Shown here: piece by piece, positions 1-13,019 of the stretch | How the letters are laid out: each line of letters starts with the position of its first letter | How positions within the stretch are numbered: the first letter of the stretch is position 1 | Origin: Camelus dromedarius | Taxonomy: Eukaryota | Length of the DNA stretch: 64,000 bases | Assembly (NCBI RefSeq): GCF_036321535.1 | Contig: NC_087472.1 | Location: forward strand, 102,240,001 to 102,304,000 | Direction: 5' to 3' | Position numbers and translations under genes: made by a program | Notes under the pieces: model-generated | What the model saw: only the letters and a program-made list of their open reading frames with translations | Databases searched by the model: none | Told to the model about the DNA's origin: nothing

Positions 1-665
1 CCCACAGCAGAGCCTCGGGACAACCGGCACACTCAGTCCCCCTACATCATCATGGCAAGTGCAGACAGCTTTAAGGGGGAATCCAGCCCCAAGCCCATGC
101 TGCTATTGTTCCTACTGTGGCCTAATGGCTACATTATATTGACCAAACTGACCTCTTTCCATTACCAAATCCCCTTTCTATGCCCCAGCGATACAAGTCC
201 ATCCTCTTGCCTCTCTAACTTAACAGACACCCATTTTTTAAGGCCTGGCCTTGCTCTCACCTGTCTGTCCTTGTCCTGCACTTCACCCCCAGCTACCCAC
301 TGACACTTCCCTGATTCCCAAGCCCCCGAACTCTCTCTACTCTCAGATCTCCTGCCACTGAGCTATGCATGGCAGGTGGGACATCCCTAGGATACATGTG
401 GATCTCCAAGCTCCTCCCCTGAATCACCTGTAGACTCTATTCCACCAGCCCGGACAGACTTTGCATTGCCTGATTCAATAAAATCCACCCATTCTCCCTA
501 ACCTGGCACCCCTACAATGGATGAGCTGAGACCCAGGTCCCGATTTTTCCCAAGGCATTCTAACCCAAGTACAGTCCACTCTCACAAGCCATTCCTAGAG
601 ATCTGACAACTTAAGAGATATTTGACACGTAAATAAGAGTCCCTGCCCTCAAAGGGTTTATAATC

Positions 666-1044
666 TGTTATGAACTGAATGTCTGTGACCCCTCTCCCAA
701 ATTCTTATGTTAAAACCCTACCCCTCAATGTAATGGTATTAGAAGATGAGGCCTCTGGGAGGTGATTAGGAAGAGATGAGGTCATGAGGATGGAGCCCTC
801 ATGAATGGAATTTGTGCCCTTATAGAATCACAAGAGAGCTTGCTTCCTCTCTCTGCTCTCCACCATGTGAGGACACAGCAAGAAGTCAGCCGTCTGCAAC
901 CCAGAAGAGGGCCCTCCCCAGAACCCAACCATGTCAGCACCCTGATCTCAGACTTCCAGCCTCCAGGACTGTGAAAAAGAAGTTTCTGTTGTTTATAAAC
1001 CACTCAGTTTATGGTATTTTGTTACAGCAGCCTGAGCTAAGACA
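666..1044 (+). mobile_element. MaLR solo LTR (MLT1A-like)
   Basis: TG...CA termini, MLT1A-like start (TGTTATGAACTGAATGTCTGTG) and end (GCAGCCTGAGCTAAGACA). Perfect 5-bp TSD TAATC (661-665 / 1045-1049). Confidence 0.85.
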
Positions 1045-1649
1045 TAATCTCATTGGGGGTGAGTATCTAAGAAGTCTGAGGAAAGAAGATGAACATTTCT
1101 TGAACACCTACTACCCACTCTCCAAGCAGTTTACTTTCCTCTTTTATGTTTCATTTCTAATCTTTAATCCTATACCAATGGTTTTGCAGATAGGTACTTC
1201 AAAGTTTAGAAAGGTTATCAGAGAAATTCTGGAAAATGAGAAACCACCTGAATGGAAAGATCTTGCTGCCCAACAATTTATATTATAGATGTCACATAAA
1301 CCAAATTCACAGAGCCAACCAGCATGCCCTATGTTCACTAAGATACCATTCATTGTGCTCCCTTAGGAGCACACTATGGTGGTGAATGACGCCTCTTTGG
1401 GCCCACCAACTGAAAGACACTCTCTCTCTGTACCTTGGCAACCAAAGACACGTGCAAATTAGGCCCCACTATTTCCTGGCCTTCCAAATGGCCATGGGCA
1501 CACAACTGTGAGAGGGAGCATACATAAAGGGTACAGCCTCAGAACTGAGTATTTTCTCTCAATAGAACCAATGCATGAACCACAAAGCTGGCTCCACCCT
1601 AACTGTGCTGTAACCAACTGAGCTCACCAAAGTACAGAACAGAAACTGA

Positions 1650-2185
1650 TGAGCATGTGCCACATTTCTTTTGGCTGCCCAGCATCAGAACCCCTTGCCA
1701 ATGTTTATGAAATTTTTCACCTGCTCATAGCTCAATAAGTTAAAAATGTTAGATACTTTCATGATTTCTTCTCAATCAGGGTATGGGCCCTACACCTAAG
1801 CTTGGCCAGACACAACGCACAGGCGTTTGAATCAGTGATGAGTGATGTGAAACAGCAGAAATATCAGATTATTGTTCTCTGGAAACAGCAGCAACACCAG
1901 TTCCCAGGAGTGGCAGGGCACCATGCCCCACACCCGACGACCAGCGCAGGCAAGTGTGGTGTAGCTGGAGGCATCCAATATTCAGTAGCTACAGTTTCAG
2001 CTTCCAGCATCCTCGCTGGACCAACTGTGTGGTGGGACATGCCTATAGTTCTGGCAGTGTTGCCCCTCAGTTGTGCATTTTTCAAGACTTTTCTACAGCT
2101 TTCCAGAGAAAGTCTGAGCTACCCAATATCCTGCAAATGAACTCCTTTTCTGCTTTAATTACCCACAAGTAATTTCTGTTATTAA
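1650..2185 (+). mobile_element. Ancient ERVL/MaLR-type LTR remnant
   Basis: 3' part CAAATGAACTCCTTTTCTGCTTTAATTACCCACAAGTAATTTCTGTT resembles old MLT1/ERVL LTR ends; boundaries approximate. Confidence 0.45.
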
Positions 2186-2270
2186 TGGGATTGTGTTACT
2201 AAGACTCCTGGGTGTTAGAGAGGAAAGGTCAAAGGTGAGCCTTGATTGGTCTAGAACATCCAAATTCGGC

Positions 2271-2740
2271 TGTATCGATTATTTACTGCTGCGTAACAAA
2301 CCACCCCAAAACTTTGGGTATCTTAAAACAACACTATTTAGTTCATAATTCCAGGGGTCAGTGAAGTGGGCTGAGCTCTGCTGGGTAATTACTGATCTAA
2401 GCCAGACTCTGCTGATCTCTGGTCAGGCTCACTCACTTATGCTTCAGCAGTCAGCCCCTAGGTTGACTGGATGCCTTCGTCCTCCTCCACATGGCCTCTG
2501 ATCCTCCAGCAGGTGAGCCTGGGCTTGTACACACAGTGGAAGAGTTCCCAAAAGAGCAAGAACAGAAGCTGAAATGCTTCTTCTGGCCTAGGCTCACAAC
2601 TTGCACAAGGTCACTTCTACTGTATTCTATGGTCAAACCAAGTCACAAGGCCAGCCAAGACTCTTAAGGATGGAGATATAGGCTCCACCTCTTGATGCAA
2701 GGAGCTGCAAAGTATTGGGGGAATTTCACAATCTACCATA
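2271..2740 (-). mobile_element. MaLR LTR (MLT1G/H-like)
   Basis: Starts TGTATCGATTATTTACTGCTGCGTAACAAACCACCCCAAAACTT and ends CAATCTACCATA, typical of a reverse-oriented MLT1. Confidence 0.75.
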
Positions 2741-3618
2741 CCTGACTTTGATAAACAGCACGGTGGGGAAACTGTCACAACAGAGACAACCCTAGGGACT
2801 CCCATTTATTAGAACTGCTTAAATCTAGAATCTGTGCTCTCACCCCGATTTCCATTAATCACCACCAATGCCAGCCTCTGATTCAACAATACCTAACTAG
2901 AAGCAATACACACAGTGCTGAGCCTGCCGGCTCTGCAGCCTGTAAACAGTGTTGTTCAGGGCAGGCCTCTGGGATCTCTCTCACTGTAGGACATGCTGAA
3001 GATTATGGTCTAGAGTCATGTGGCATCAGACAACCAGCTCTCTGCCTTTGGGCCTTTCTTTCCTTGAACCTCAGCTTTCCTCTCCGCCAAAGCTCAAAAT
3101 CAACATTTTCTGCATATGAACAAATGGGTAATTTGATCACTTTAGACAAAGGACTAGCTAATATTCCCACAGAAAAACCTAGTATAACTTTAAGGGAATC
3201 TAAAAAAGCTCTGCTCTGATTTTGTTTATTAGGATCTTGAAGAGGTTTAACTATATCCCTTTCCAAGAGCCATTCAAACTGGCAGACCCCACAAACTGAA
3301 ATTAGACGTTTCCCTGACAACTGTTGAACTGCGAAAGGAAGGGCTCCTGCAAGATGTCTCCATGGAAACCACCCAGTCCTTGCATCTACCATTTACCTTA
3401 TACTTTGGTTGGCTCTCAAGCACATCAAATCAGCAATAAAAATGTAAGGACGTTGGAAGGACTTTGGAGCAATGAAGAATGTCAATGTTTGGCACAGTAA
3501 GATTTTCCAGGAAAAAGAAGGCAAATTCAATCCAAACATCTCAGGACTCAGATTAAGAAGCCTATGCATACCCAATCCATTTTTTTAAATGCCCCCCAAA
3601 AGAAGTTTTGAAACACAG

Positions 3619-4019
3619 TGTACTGGTTTCCCTAGGGCTATTGTGGCAAACTACTACAAACTAGGTGGCTTAAAACCACAGAACTTTATTGTCTCCCAAT
3701 TCTGGAGGCTGGAAGTCCAAAATCAAGGTGTCAGCAGACTTGATTCCTTCCCAGGTTTGCAAGGAAAAAATCTGTTCCCTGCCTCTCTTCTAACTTCCGG
3801 TAGCCCCAGGAGTTCCTGGGTTTGTAAACGCATCACTCCAGTCCTCATTTTCACATGGCGTTCTTCCTTGTCAGTTAGGAGTCCCCCCTTCTCCAGTAGG
3901 ATCTCATCTTAACTTGATTACACCTGCAAAGACCTACTTCTAAATAAGGTCATAATCCAAGGGACTGGGGGTTAGGACCTCAACTATCTTTTTACAGGGA
4001 CACAATTCAACCCATAACA
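3619..4019 (-). mobile_element. MaLR solo LTR (MLT1C-like)
   Basis: TGTACTGGTTTCCCTAGGGCT...GGACACAATTCAACCCATAACA. Perfect 5-bp TSD CACAG (3614-3618 / 4020-4024). Confidence 0.85.
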
Positions 4020-4104
4020 CACAGCTTTTATATAAAGTATTTAACTGTACCTATTCACTAAGTGTTTGTTAAAGCAAACTGACAGCTCCATCTAATTTGT
4101 AGCT

Positions 4105-4280
4105 TAATCAAAATAGAAGGTCTGTACTTGGTCACACAGCCACACTTAGCTACAACGAAATCTGAGCAATGCAACCTTTACTCTGGGCAGCGACATGCCC
4201 AGCTCAAAAAAGGAGTTTCTACTACAAAAAAGAAGAAAGGGATAGATATCAGAGAAAAACTAGAAATCTCTATCACATAG
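4105..4280 (-). mobile_element. MLT1J/K-like LTR fragment
   Basis: GGTCACACAGCCACACTTAGCTACAA...CTAGAAATCTCTATCACA motif of old MLT1 elements. Confidence 0.55.
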
Positions 4281-4679
4281 GCAAAGAGAAAAGTCACTCA
4301 GGAAAAATAAGTCAGTGTCCAGATACTCTGGCACTTAGGTGAGAACCTGCTTCACGAACAAGACCATAAAAGTTAATGGTGCTTGGAAATGACCTTGGAA
4401 CTGAAATGAAGAAACTAGTTCGTGTCTAAGAGAAAACCAGAGGCAAAAGGCACTCAAAGGGCATACAGTGAATAGCATCTCAAATTAGAAGCACTTGAGG
4501 AAAAAAGTCGATCATACACAGATGTACAGGGGTACTCACATGACCCCCCTCCATGGCAACATTTCAGAACAAAACTGGACCAGAACCTTAGAACATCACC
4601 AAATACAAAAATGCTACATTATTTAGTGTTTATGATTCCTGTGACTCTGATCCTTTTAAGATCCTTTTTCCCCTTACTT

Positions 4680-6787
4680 TTTTTATTTAATTAGACTTTT
4701 TATTTTGAGATAATTGTAGATTCACATGCAGTTGCAAGAAATGATACAGAGAGATCCTGTGTAACCTTTACCCAGTTTCCCCCAATGGTAACATCTTACA
4801 GAACTACAGTGAAAGATCACAACCAGAATACTGACTTTGACACAGTCAAGAGAGAGAACATTTCCATCACAAGGATCCTTCATGCTACCCTTTTACAACC
4901 AATCACTTCCCTCCCACTCCTCTCCCCTCAAACCCTCAGAACCACTAATCTGTTCTCCATGTCCATAATTTTGTCATTTATAGAAAGTTAGATAAGTGGA
5001 ATCACATGGTATGTACCCTTGGGGACTGGCTTTTTTCACTCAGCATAAGTCTCTGGAGATCCATCCAGGTTGTGCATATTGACATTCCTTTTTATTCCTT
5101 TTTAGTAGTATTCATGGTACAGATGCACTAGTTTGTTTAACCATTCACTCAATGAAGGATATCTGTATCACTTCCAGTTATGGGCTATTAGGTATAAAGC
5201 TGCTATAAACATTCGTGTGCACATTTTTATGTAAACATAAATCTTCATTTCTCTGGGATAAATTCCTAGGCATATAATTACTGGGTGACATATAGTAGTT
5301 GAATATTTAGTGTTTTTAAAAAACTGTCAAATTATTTTCCAGAGGGGTTATATGATTGTACATTCTGAGCAGCAAGGAATGAGTGACCCCATTTCTCTGT
5401 AGCATTGAGTAATGTCACTATTTTTCATTCTAGCTATTCTGATATATATGTAGTAATATCTCATTTGGCTTTAATTTGCATTTCTCTAATGGCTAGTGAT
5501 GTTGAACATCTATTCATGTGCTTATTTGTCATGTGTTTATCTTCTTCACTGAAATATCTCCTCATGATTTTTTTGCCCATTTTCTAATTATATTCTTTGG
5601 GGGCTTTTTAAATGTTGAATTTTAAGAATTTTTATATGTATTGTGGATAGTCCTTTGTCAGATACATGGTTTGCAAATATTTTCTTCCACTCTGCAGATT
5701 GTCTCTTAACAAGATCTTTCTCAGTGTAAAATGGATTTGATGAAGTCAATTTTATCATTTTTTTCCTTTTATGGATCATACTACTGTTAACAAGTCTAAG
5801 CCTTCTTTGCCTAGTACTAGGTCTCGAAGATTTTGTATTTATAGTGTTATGTCTTGCATTTAAGTTTGTGATCCATCTTGAGTTATATTTTGTATGAGGT
5901 GTGAACTTTAGATCAAGGCTCATTTTTTCTTTTTTGCCTATTGATGTTCACTTGATTCAGCACAATTTGCTGAAAAGGGAATCTTTCCTCCTCCATTTAA
6001 TTGCTTTCACACTTTTGTCAAATATCAGTTGGGCATATTTCTGTGAGTCTATTTCTAGGTTCTTTGTTCTGTTCCACTGATCTGTCTATCTATCCCACTA
6101 CCAGAACCACAAAGTCCTGATTACTAGAGTGACATAAGTCTAGAAATCAGGCAGACTGATGCCTCCTACTTAATATTTCTTTTTCAAAATTGTTTTAGCT
6201 ATTCTGTGTCCTTTGCCTTTCCATATAAATTTTAGAATAATCATATCTATATCTACCAAAAAAATCTTGCTGTGACTTTTTTATACAAATTATGTTAAAC
6301 CTATATATTAATTTGGAGAGAACTGGTATCTTTACTACATCGAGTCTTCTAATCCATGAACATGGCATGTCTCTCCATTTACTTAGGTCTTCTTTGAGAA
6401 GCATTGTGTACTTTTCAGGATACAAGTCTTGTACATGCTTTGTTAATTTCACTTTATTTTTTGAGTGACTGTAAATGTTACTGTAATTTCAACGTCCATG
6501 TATTCATTACTAGTATATACAAACACAATTGATCTTCGTATGTTTATCTTGTATCCTGTGACCTCCTTGCTAAACTCACGTATTAGTTCTAGAAGTTATT
6601 TTGTAGCTTCCTTAGAAATTATATACAGACAATAACACCATCTGCAAATAGGGGCAGTCTTATTTCTTCCTTTCTGATTTATATGCCTTTTCTTTCTTTT
6701 TCTTGCCTTACTGGCAAGAACTTACAGATTAGGACTTCCAGTGCAATGTTGAAAAACAGAGGTGGGAGGAGACATTCTTGCCTTGAA
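4680..6787 (-). mobile_element. Old L1 (L1MC/MD class) 3' portion, ~2.1 kb
   Basis: T-rich tail at 4680. Degenerate ORF2 peptides on the minus strand (5588-5923 'KFTPHTKYNSRWITNLN'; 6195-6452 'EDLSKWRDMPCSWIRRL'). Confidence 0.9.
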
Positions 6788-6867
6788 AATGAACCCAGCA
6801 GAACCTCAGAGATGTAACAAGAAAGGAAGGAAAAAATAAAGTAGTAAATACATGTATAAATCTAAAT

Positions 6868-7061
6868 CAGGTATTGGCAAACTAAGGTCTGTAAGCCAAA
6901 TCTGGTTCACTCCCTGTTTCTGTAAATAAAGTTTTATTGGAACATAGGCATGCACAATCATTTACATATTATCTGTTGCTGCTTTGGCACTACAACAGTG
7001 GAGTTGAGTAGTTGTAACAGAGACCATATGGCCCTCTATAGAAAAAGTTTGCTGAACTATG
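6868..7061. mobile_element. hAT-Charlie MITE (MER58A-like)
   Basis: Terminal inverted repeats CAGGTATTGGCAAACT / AGTTTGCTGAACTATG; core GTAAATAAAGTTTTATTGGAACA. 8-bp TSD ATCTAAAT / ACCTAAAT (7/8 match). Confidence 0.85.
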
Positions 7062-7134
7062 ACCTAAATAAACAATGCCTGCATAAAATAATAATGTCTT
7101 GTAGAGTTTAACATATAATACTAAATAAAGAATT

Positions 7135-8312
7135 TAAGAATTGAAACCATGAAATTCCTAAAAGAAAACACAGGCAGTACTCTCTTTGACTTTAGGCTTA
7201 CCACTGTTCTTCTGGATATGTCTCTGCAGGCAAAGGAAGGAAACAAAACCAACAATACACGAATGGGACTACGCCAAACTAAAAAGCATCTGCACAGCAA
7301 AAGAAACCATCAACAAAATGAAAAAACCACGTACTGAATGGGGAAAGATGTAAGTCATATATCTGGTAAGGGGTTAATATACAAAATACATTTTAAAAAA
7401 TTCATATAACTCAATAACAATAAATTAAATAAATAAATAAAGGGCAGAATAACTTAATAGATATTTTTCCAAGGAAGACATACAGATGGCCATCAGGCAC
7501 ATGAAAAAATGTTCAACATCACTATTGGGGAAATGCAAGTCAAAATCACCATGAAGGTAGATATCACCTCACAACTGTTAGAATGGCTATCGTCAAAAAG
7601 GCCAGAAATAAGTTGGTGAGGATATGGAGAAAAAGGAACCCTCACTCACTGTTGGTGGGAATGTAAAATGGTATAGTCACTATGGAAAACAATATGGAGG
7701 GCCCTCAAAAAATTAAGAGTAGAACTAGCATATGACCCAGCTATCTCACTTTGGGGTATTTATCCAAAGAACACAAAAACACTAATTTGAAAAGATACAT
7801 GAACCCCTATGTTCATCATGGAATTATTTACAACAGCCAAGATATGGAAACAACCCAAGTGTCCATCAATGGGCGAATGGATAAAGAAGATGTGGTGTAT
7901 ACATATATGAAATGGAATACTACTCAGCCATTAAAAAAGGTGAAATCTTGCCATTTGCAACAATATGGATTGACCTTGAAGGTATTATGCTAAGTGAAAT
8001 AAGTCAGATGGAGAAAGACAAATATTCTATGATTTCACTCATATGTGGAATGTAAAAAACAAATAAACAAAATAAATGAACAGACCAAACCAAATAAAAA
8101 TAAACACATAGAGAATACAGTAGTGGTTACTAGAAGGGAAGGCAGGGGATGAAATGGGTAAAAGGGGTCAACTGTATGGTGATGGATGGAAACTAAGTTT
8201 TTGGTGTGAGGACACTGTAGTGCATACATAATTAGAAATATCATGTACACATGAAGCTGTTGTACACATGAAGCTTATATGTTATAAACCAATGTTACTT
8301 CAATTAAAAAAT
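7135..8312 (+). mobile_element. L1 3' end (ORF2 C-terminus plus 3' UTR)
   Basis: ORF2 C-terminal remnants (KFLKENTG...; CAACCCAAGTGTCCATCAATGGGCGAATGG), L1 3' UTR and A-rich tail at ~8305. Confidence 0.9.
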
Positions 8313-8643
8313 ACACATACAATACAACAATATAAGGTAAAAATAATATAAGTTGGGAGAAGGGATAAATGGAGTTAAAAAGCCTTGAACTGTCCAGGAA
8401 AAAAGATAAAGACAAACATTAATACTGATAATTTTTTACCTAAACACACCCTCTTAGGTTGAGAAGACAGAAAAACCTCTATCTGTTCCCATTCCATTGT
8501 TTTTCAGTCAAATCAAAGTAGAATAACTCATCTACTAACATCATTTAGCAACAAGATGCTTCATGTCTATAATAAATCCTTCCTTAAAACATCAATAAGG
8601 GGTACCTACCAGTTCCAAACCATCTTCCCCATGCTCTTTACTG

Positions 8644-8749
8644 CTAGGATGACCAGACGGAACTATCCTGATTTGCCTGGGACTGAGAGGGTTCCCAGGA
8701 TGTAGGATTTTCAGTGCTAAAACTGAGAAAGTCCAAGTTGCTCACCCAA
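8644..8749. mobile_element. hAT-Blackjack MITE (MER81-like)
   Basis: TAGGATGACCA...GTTGCTCACCC termini with internal GGGACTGAG/TTTCAGTGCTAAAAC motif. Confidence 0.65.
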
Positions 8750-9956
8750 CTCCCAGCTCCAGTGGCCCACACTAGTGAAATGGACTGAGTGTGGCAGGAC
8801 TAGTCCTTCTCTTTGTTATTCACTTCTAGTAACCTAGTGAGCAGGTAACCAAGTGGAACTCAAAGTCAAGCACACTGCCTTACCTACAGGCATCACTTAT
8901 AATTGCTCCCCAAATGATGCCTCTGAAAGAACACAAATTCCTTGACTCCTTAAAGGTGCAGTGTGTCAACAGTTAACTGAATAAGAAGAACTCATGGATA
9001 TCTTGTCAGGCTCTGTTTTCTCACTTTCTGGATCCCAGTGTCCTATTAAAGGATACCAGTATGTAGCCCAGAAACAAAATCTATTTTAATCTAAGAGAAT
9101 TGGGAAACTTCCAAAGAGCACTGACCTGAAAAATCTTGACAGAGCAGAGGAAATTGATTTTCTACCAAAGCCATGCAGAGGATTAGACTCAGATTTAGGC
9201 CAATAAAAGATTTACATTCCATCCAAGTCCCAATATAACATGATGCACAGATGAAAACATGCTCGTGAACTCACATAGCTGACATACACTAGAAAGTCCA
9301 AAGTAAAAGTCAGCTCTTAAGAATGCTAGCCCCAAAGGTAAAAACACAACATATAAGTTGCATAAAACATCTGTAATGAATCACAGCATAATCGGTCTTT
9401 CAAATAGATCTTCATAATTAATTTTTATTCTCATCCTGGCCCCTTTTCAAAACAACTGCCCACAAAACCTGAGGATCAGAAAACATCTGTCTTGCATTTA
9501 TAATGATCCAAAAATTCTTAAAATTAATAATGGATATCCTAAAATTACAAAAACCTCCAGCTTCCCAACTTTCACATATTAGACAACTACTCCACCCTTC
9601 TGCTACCACCCATGCAGACAACTGTGAGACCTCATTTTTATTACAACCTCTATTCATTATACTAAGATCACCTGTGCTACACTTAGAGTCACAAGTAGTA
9701 CTGGTGACCAGCTTGACCTTGATTGACCTGGGCATCTACACTGGGCAGTGTGCAATGAAAAGGGAGGTCTGCCCATCAGGTGGCCACCTAGACTGGCTAC
9801 GGTGAAAATTAAAATCAAAGCTGCCTCTCACAATGGTCTTCATTTTTCCAAGTTTTCTTTAAATACTTTTTTTTCAATCTTCCTACATCTATGAAACAAA
9901 ATATGATGCATAGGATGCAAAGTCAACAGATGACATCAAAAAAAGCTATCACTGTA

Positions 9957-12900
9957 GATTTCCGGTCAAGATGGCAGAGTGGTAGGACCACAAGCTCGTC
10001 TCTCCTCATGACTACAACAAAACCACAAATGAATGCTAAACAACCATCGAAAAAAAGACTGGAACCTAGCAAAAAAGATCTTCTGCAACTAGAAACATAA
10101 AGAAGGAACCACAGCAGGATGGTAGGAGGGGCATGCTTGCGATACAATTGGGCCCCATGCTCCCCAGGTGGACAAACCACAAGCTGAAGAATAGTTAAGT
10201 AGAAGAGGCCCTCTCACAGGAGTGAGAGCTCTAAGCCCCATGTCAGGCTCCCCAGCTCAGGTTCTCTCATTGGGAGGAGAAGGAGACCCCAGATCATCTG
10301 GTTTTGAAGGCCAGCAGGGCTTGGCTCCGGGAGCCCCATGGAACTGGGGAAACAGACTCCATTCGCTTGGGAAGCGTACACGGAAACTCACATGCACCAG
10401 GGCCAAGAGCAGAGGCAGTGATTTCATAGGAACCTGTGCCAGACCTGCCTGCTGGATTTGGAGGGTCTCCTGGGAACGTGGGGGACGGCTGCAGCTCACT
10501 AAGGGGATAAAAAGCTGGTGGCGGACATTCCGGGAGTGTTCATCTACATGAGCTTTCCTGGAGGCTGACACCTTGATTGGATCATTAGCACCAAGACCCA
10601 GCCCCATCCAACAGCCTGTAGGGAAGCCTCAGGTCAAACAACATGCAGGGTGGGAACACAGCCACACCCATCAGCAGACTTCCTGAGCCACAAAGGCCTC
10701 TAGACACAGCCCTACCCACCAGAGGTCCAGGACCAAGCTCCACCCAGCAGTGGGCAGGCTCCTCCTGCCAGGAAACCTGCATAAGCCTGTAGTCCAGCCT
10801 CATCCACCAGGGGCAGATACCAGAAATAAGAAAACAACAATCCCAAAGCCTGTGGAAGGAATCCACAAACACACAGAAAGATAGACAATATGAGGCGGCA
10901 AAGGAGTATCTCCCAGGCCAAGCCACAAGATAAAATCCCAGAAGAAGAAATAAGTGATGAGGAGATAGGCAATTTATCTGAGAAAGAGCTTAAAGTAAAG
11001 ATGGAAAACATGTTCAGAGAACTCAAAAGGAGTATAAATGCAAAGAGCGAAGTTTTTAGCAAAAAGTTGGAAAATATAAAGAATACCCAAACAGAGTTGA
11101 AGAATGAAATCACTGAAATGAACAATGCACTAGAAGGAACCAAGAATAGACTAAATGAGACAGAAGAACAGATCAGTGAGCTAGAAGACAGATTAGTGGA
11201 AATCACTACTTCAGAACAGAAAAAATAAAAAAAGAATGAAAATAAATGAGGATAGTTTAAGAGAACTCTGGGAAATATGAAGCGCTCTAATATTCGCAAA
11301 ATAGGGGTCCCAGAAAGAGAAGAGAGAGAGAAAGGACCTGAGAAAATTTTTGAAGAGATAATCACTGAAAACTTCCCCAGCTTGAGAAAGGAAAGTCACC
11401 CGAGTCTAGGAAGCACAGAGTTTTCCATACAGGATCAACCTAAAGAGGAACACACCAAGGCACACAGTCATCAAATTGACAACAATTAAGGATAAGGAGA
11501 AAATATTAAAATTAGCAAGAGAAAAGCAACAAATAACATACAGGGGAACTCCCATAAGGTTATCAGCTGAGTTTTCAGCAGAAACTCTACAGGCCAGAAG
11601 GGAGTGGCATGGATATATTTAAAGTGATGCAAGGGGAAAACTTACAACCAAGAATACTCTATCCAGCAAGGCTCTCGTTCAGACTTGATGGAGAAATCAA
11701 AAGCTTCACAGATAAACAAAAGCTAAAAGATTTCAGCACCACCAAACCAGCTTTACAACAAATGTTAAAGGACCTTCTCTAGTCATCAAACCATAAGAAA
11801 AGAGAACAAAAAGAAGAAAGAGGGAAAAAAAGAGAGAGAGAGACCTACAAAAGATTGCTTTGGCTGTTCGGGGTCTTTTGTGGCTCCTTATAAATTTTGG
11901 AATTGTTTGTTCTAGCTTTGTGAGGAATGTCATGAGTATTTTGACGGGGGTTGCATTGGATCTGTGGATTGCTTTGGGTAGCATGGCCATTTTGATAGTG
12001 TTGATTCTTCCAATCCAAGAGCACAAGAAATATTTCCATTTCTTTGTGTCATTTTGGTTTTCAGGGTATAAGTAACCTCCTTGGTTAGGTTTATTTCTGG
12101 ATATTTTGTTTTTGATGTAATGGAAATGTTTATGCTGGTTATAAAATTCTGGTTTTTGAAGTGAAAAAAAAAGTGAATGAAGGGCTGCAAATGGCAAAAT
12201 ATCCTTCTTTCTTATGGGTGAGTTGTATTCCATTACATATATATGTGTGCTGCATCTGCATTATCTATTCAACTATTGATGTAAACTTAGGATGCTTCTA
12301 TATCTTGGCAATTATAAATAACGTTGTTGGTAATAGCAGGGTGTATGTATCTTTTTTAATTAATTCTTATTTTGTGGTTGGCTTTATTCTTTTGATAACT
12401 ATGTAATTTAAAAAGCTAAAGCCCTAAATGTTCTTAGAAACAATGAACAGTACATATATGTAAATTTAGAAATATACGTGCAGTTAAAAAAAAAAGAAGT
12501 GAGCTATCAAGCCATGAAAGACATAGAAGAAACTTAAAAGACATATTACTAAATGAAAGAAGCCAGTCTGAAAAGGCTACAAACTGTACAATTCCAACCC
12601 AATGACATTCTAGAAAAGGCACAGCTACAGAAACAATAAAAAGATCATGGTTTCCAGGGGTTTGGGGAGAGGGAGGGTGCAAGGAATGAATAGATGGAGT
12701 ACAAGGGATTTTTAAGGCAATGAAATTATTCTGTATGATACTATAGTGGTGGCTACGTGTCAATATGCATTTGCCAAACACATAGAATGTACATCAAGAG
12801 TGAAGCCTAATGTAAACTATGGACTTTAGTTGATAATAATGTGCCCATGTTGGTTCATTGATTGTACCAAATATGCCACACTGATGAGGGATGTTGGCGA

Positions 12901-13019
12901 CAGGGGAGTATATATGTGTGGGTGAGGAGGGTTATGTGTGAACTCTCTATATTTTCTGCTCAATTCTGCTGTGAACCTGAAAATGCTCTTTAAAAAATTA
13001 AGTCTATTTAAAAAAAAAG
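9957..13019 (+). mobile_element. Composite L1 insertion: 5' UTR + ORF1, inverted ORF2 fragments, and an older L1MC-type 3' end
   Basis: Identical 15-bp TSD AAAGCTATCACTGTA at 9942-9956 and 13020-13034. L1 5' start GATTTCCGGTCAAGATGGC; A-tail at 13010-13019. Confidence 0.85.
10890..11782 (+). pseudogene. Disrupted L1 ORF1p (coiled coil, RRM, CTD)
   Basis: Peptides MRRQRSISQ...LNETEEQISELEDRLVEIT and MKRSNIRKIGVPEREEREKGPEKIFEEIITENFP are typical of L1 ORF1p. In-frame stop at 11226-11228 and frameshifts downstream. Confidence 0.9.

Noticed and set aside
812..1288. 158-aa plus-strand ORF
   Set aside because: Starts within the MLT1A-like LTR and runs into flanking DNA; a chance ORF.
10712..11365. 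217-aa minus-strand ORF rich in S/F/L
   Set aside because: Antisense shadow of the A-rich L1 ORF1; not an independent membrane-protein gene.
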